DNA of 32,000 bases from Candidatus Saccharimonadota bacterium (lineage in GTDB: Bacteria > Patescibacteriota > Gracilibacteria > BD1-5 > UBA6164): positions 570,001 to 602,000 of the forward strand of contig OZ245768.1 in assembly GCA_965227835.1 (NCBI GenBank), given 5' to 3'. The notes beneath the pieces were generated by a model that saw nothing but the letters and a program-made list of their open reading frames with translations, was not told where the DNA came from and did not search any database. Below are positions 30,946 through 32,000 of the stretch, one piece after another (the first letter of the stretch is position 1; each line of letters starts with the position of its first letter). A program made the position numbers and the translations under genes.

Positions 30946-31182
30946 ATGAGAAAATATATGCAAGAAGAAATTATAGAAAAGTTCTATAAAGAATTAAAAT
31001 GAATAAAAGATTTGTATCCAAATAAGCAGTCCAATAAAATATTTAGAGAACTCGTAGATTATTGTACAAAAAATAATATAGATATTAAATACAATAGAAA
31101 AGTTGGTGAAATAAACAAAATTTGTGCAAGATGAGAATATAAGCTAAAAGAATATAATGGATCTGTTGCGTTTTGATTTTAA
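30946..31182 (+). CDS. hypothetical protein (78 aa) between the two IS elements
   Basis: ATG 30946 (or 30958), TAA 31180-31182. MRKYMQEEIIEKFYKELKGIKDLYPNKQSNKIFRELVDYC... Followed by a terminator. Confidence 0.45.
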
Positions 31183-31209
31183 AAAGAGTTTTAATTAAGA
31201 AATGTACTA

Positions 31210-31246
31210 AAATAGATGAAAGATTTATAAAATTCATCTATTTTTT
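31210..31246 (+). terminator. intrinsic terminator
   Basis: aaatagatgaa-(12 nt)-ttcatctattt followed by tttgtt. Confidence 0.6.
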
Positions 31247-31312
31247 GTTAAATTATAGCCATTTTTATATATAATTTAGGATTTTAGACGCAATCCACCT
31301 AAGGAAACTAAT

Positions 31313-32000
31313 CTAAACTATTGGGACTTCCTCTAAAACAACTAATCTTTTGAGATTAAAAGATATAGCTTCCATAAATGCAGTAAACTGATTTTTTACT
31401 ACAGACTTATACCTCACTCTATGATTCATTTTTGAAAATACCCTCTCATAAGGAGATCTAAGTTTAGAATAAAACTTATCTTTATCCTTGTTCTTATCTT
31501 TCATATTATTTTTCTTTATTGCACATAGATGTAATCACTTCTTTTTTGTTGATATTACAGCCGGTCAAATACAATATCACTTATCAGCATATACTGCTCA
31601 TGAACTTGGTAATACATGCTTCATTCACTTTGCATCTGTTACATTAGCTTGAGTTATAGCTATCTTGTTTATCATTCAAGATTGCATATCAACACTAGTA
31701 TGTTTTTTATATCCATACCAAAATTTATTTTTTCATTTAGATCAAATTTTAGCTTCCTTATCATTAGCAACTTTTGGAAGAGTTTCATTATTCATTTTTT
31801 CATATCATTCTTTTATTCATTTATCTCTTTCTTCCCATAAATTAGCTTTAGTAACTAAATGAGAAGCATCTACAAATGTAAACACTTCACTCATATACCC
31901 CTTATTTGATAATTGATTTTTTAAATCTTCAAATATCTTTGATAGTTCATTTGTTCATATCTTTTTTCTTGCTCTTGAGAATATACTATAATCTGGAGTT
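31313..32000 (-). CDS. IS5-family (DDE_Tnp_1) transposase, N-terminus beyond window edge
   Basis: TAG stop 31315-31313, open to 32000 with TGA=Gly. ..FVDASHLVTKAN.., ..FWYGYKKHTSVDMQSGMINKIAITQANVTDAKG.., ..AVYADKGY.., C-terminal RSPYERVFSKMNHRVRYKSVVKNQFTAFMEAISFNLKRL. Confidence 0.85.

Noticed and set aside
1-32000. Alternative explanation that TGA encodes tryptophan (table 4, Mycoplasma-like) or that the region is full of pseudogenes
   Set aside because: TGA falls on positions that are Gly in universally conserved motifs: GxGGxG of MurC, FxGxG of the methylase, the Walker A GxxGxGKT, SecD LQGG. Genuine TGG Trp codons are used separately (for example WW in the terS-like protein, WQKG in the IS30 transposase). 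Dozens of long frames free of TAA/TAG cannot be pseudogenes.

Overview
Strongly AT-rich bacterial DNA. The standard-code ORF track is nearly empty because TGA is a sense codon here. Re-reading all six frames with only TAA/TAG as stops gives a dense gene map. In-frame TGA falls on invariant glycines of well-known motifs (MurC IIGIGGIG, methylase DLFGGSGST, Walker A YGASGSGKT, SecD LDLQGGIEL). This indicates translation table 25 (UGA=Gly), i.e. a Gracilibacteria/Absconditabacteria (SR1)-type candidate-phyla-radiation genome. Layout: (i) 1-9946 is the right arm of an integrated temperate phage that also uses code 25. It carries terL, a terS-like gene, a ParB-methylase, a recombination/replication module with a Sak4-like ATPase and a PD-(D/E)XK nuclease, a divergent XRE repressor plus ImmA protease, and a large serine integrase whose 3' end runs antisense into tRNA-Lys(CUU). 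(ii) ligA at 9999-12104. (iii) A 740-bp hairpin-rich non-coding gap. (iv) A minus-strand nucleotide-metabolism gene string: PRTase-like, SLOG/LOG-like, dcd, fused pyrF-pyrE. (v) murC carrying a 345-nt GC-rich, internally repetitive element inserted in frame and stop-free (RPE-like), with related palindromic copies at 24.3-24.6 kb. (vi) Tandemly duplicated small membrane-protein cassettes with conserved long leaders. (vii) Envelope/secretion genes: a 1167-aa surface protein, Cys-rich and CarboxypepD_reg-like secreted proteins, secD. (viii) An accessory end with an intact IS30-family element and a partial IS5-family transposase. All CDS coordinates come from hand translation; stops are more reliable than starts, and family names are motif-based, not search-based.
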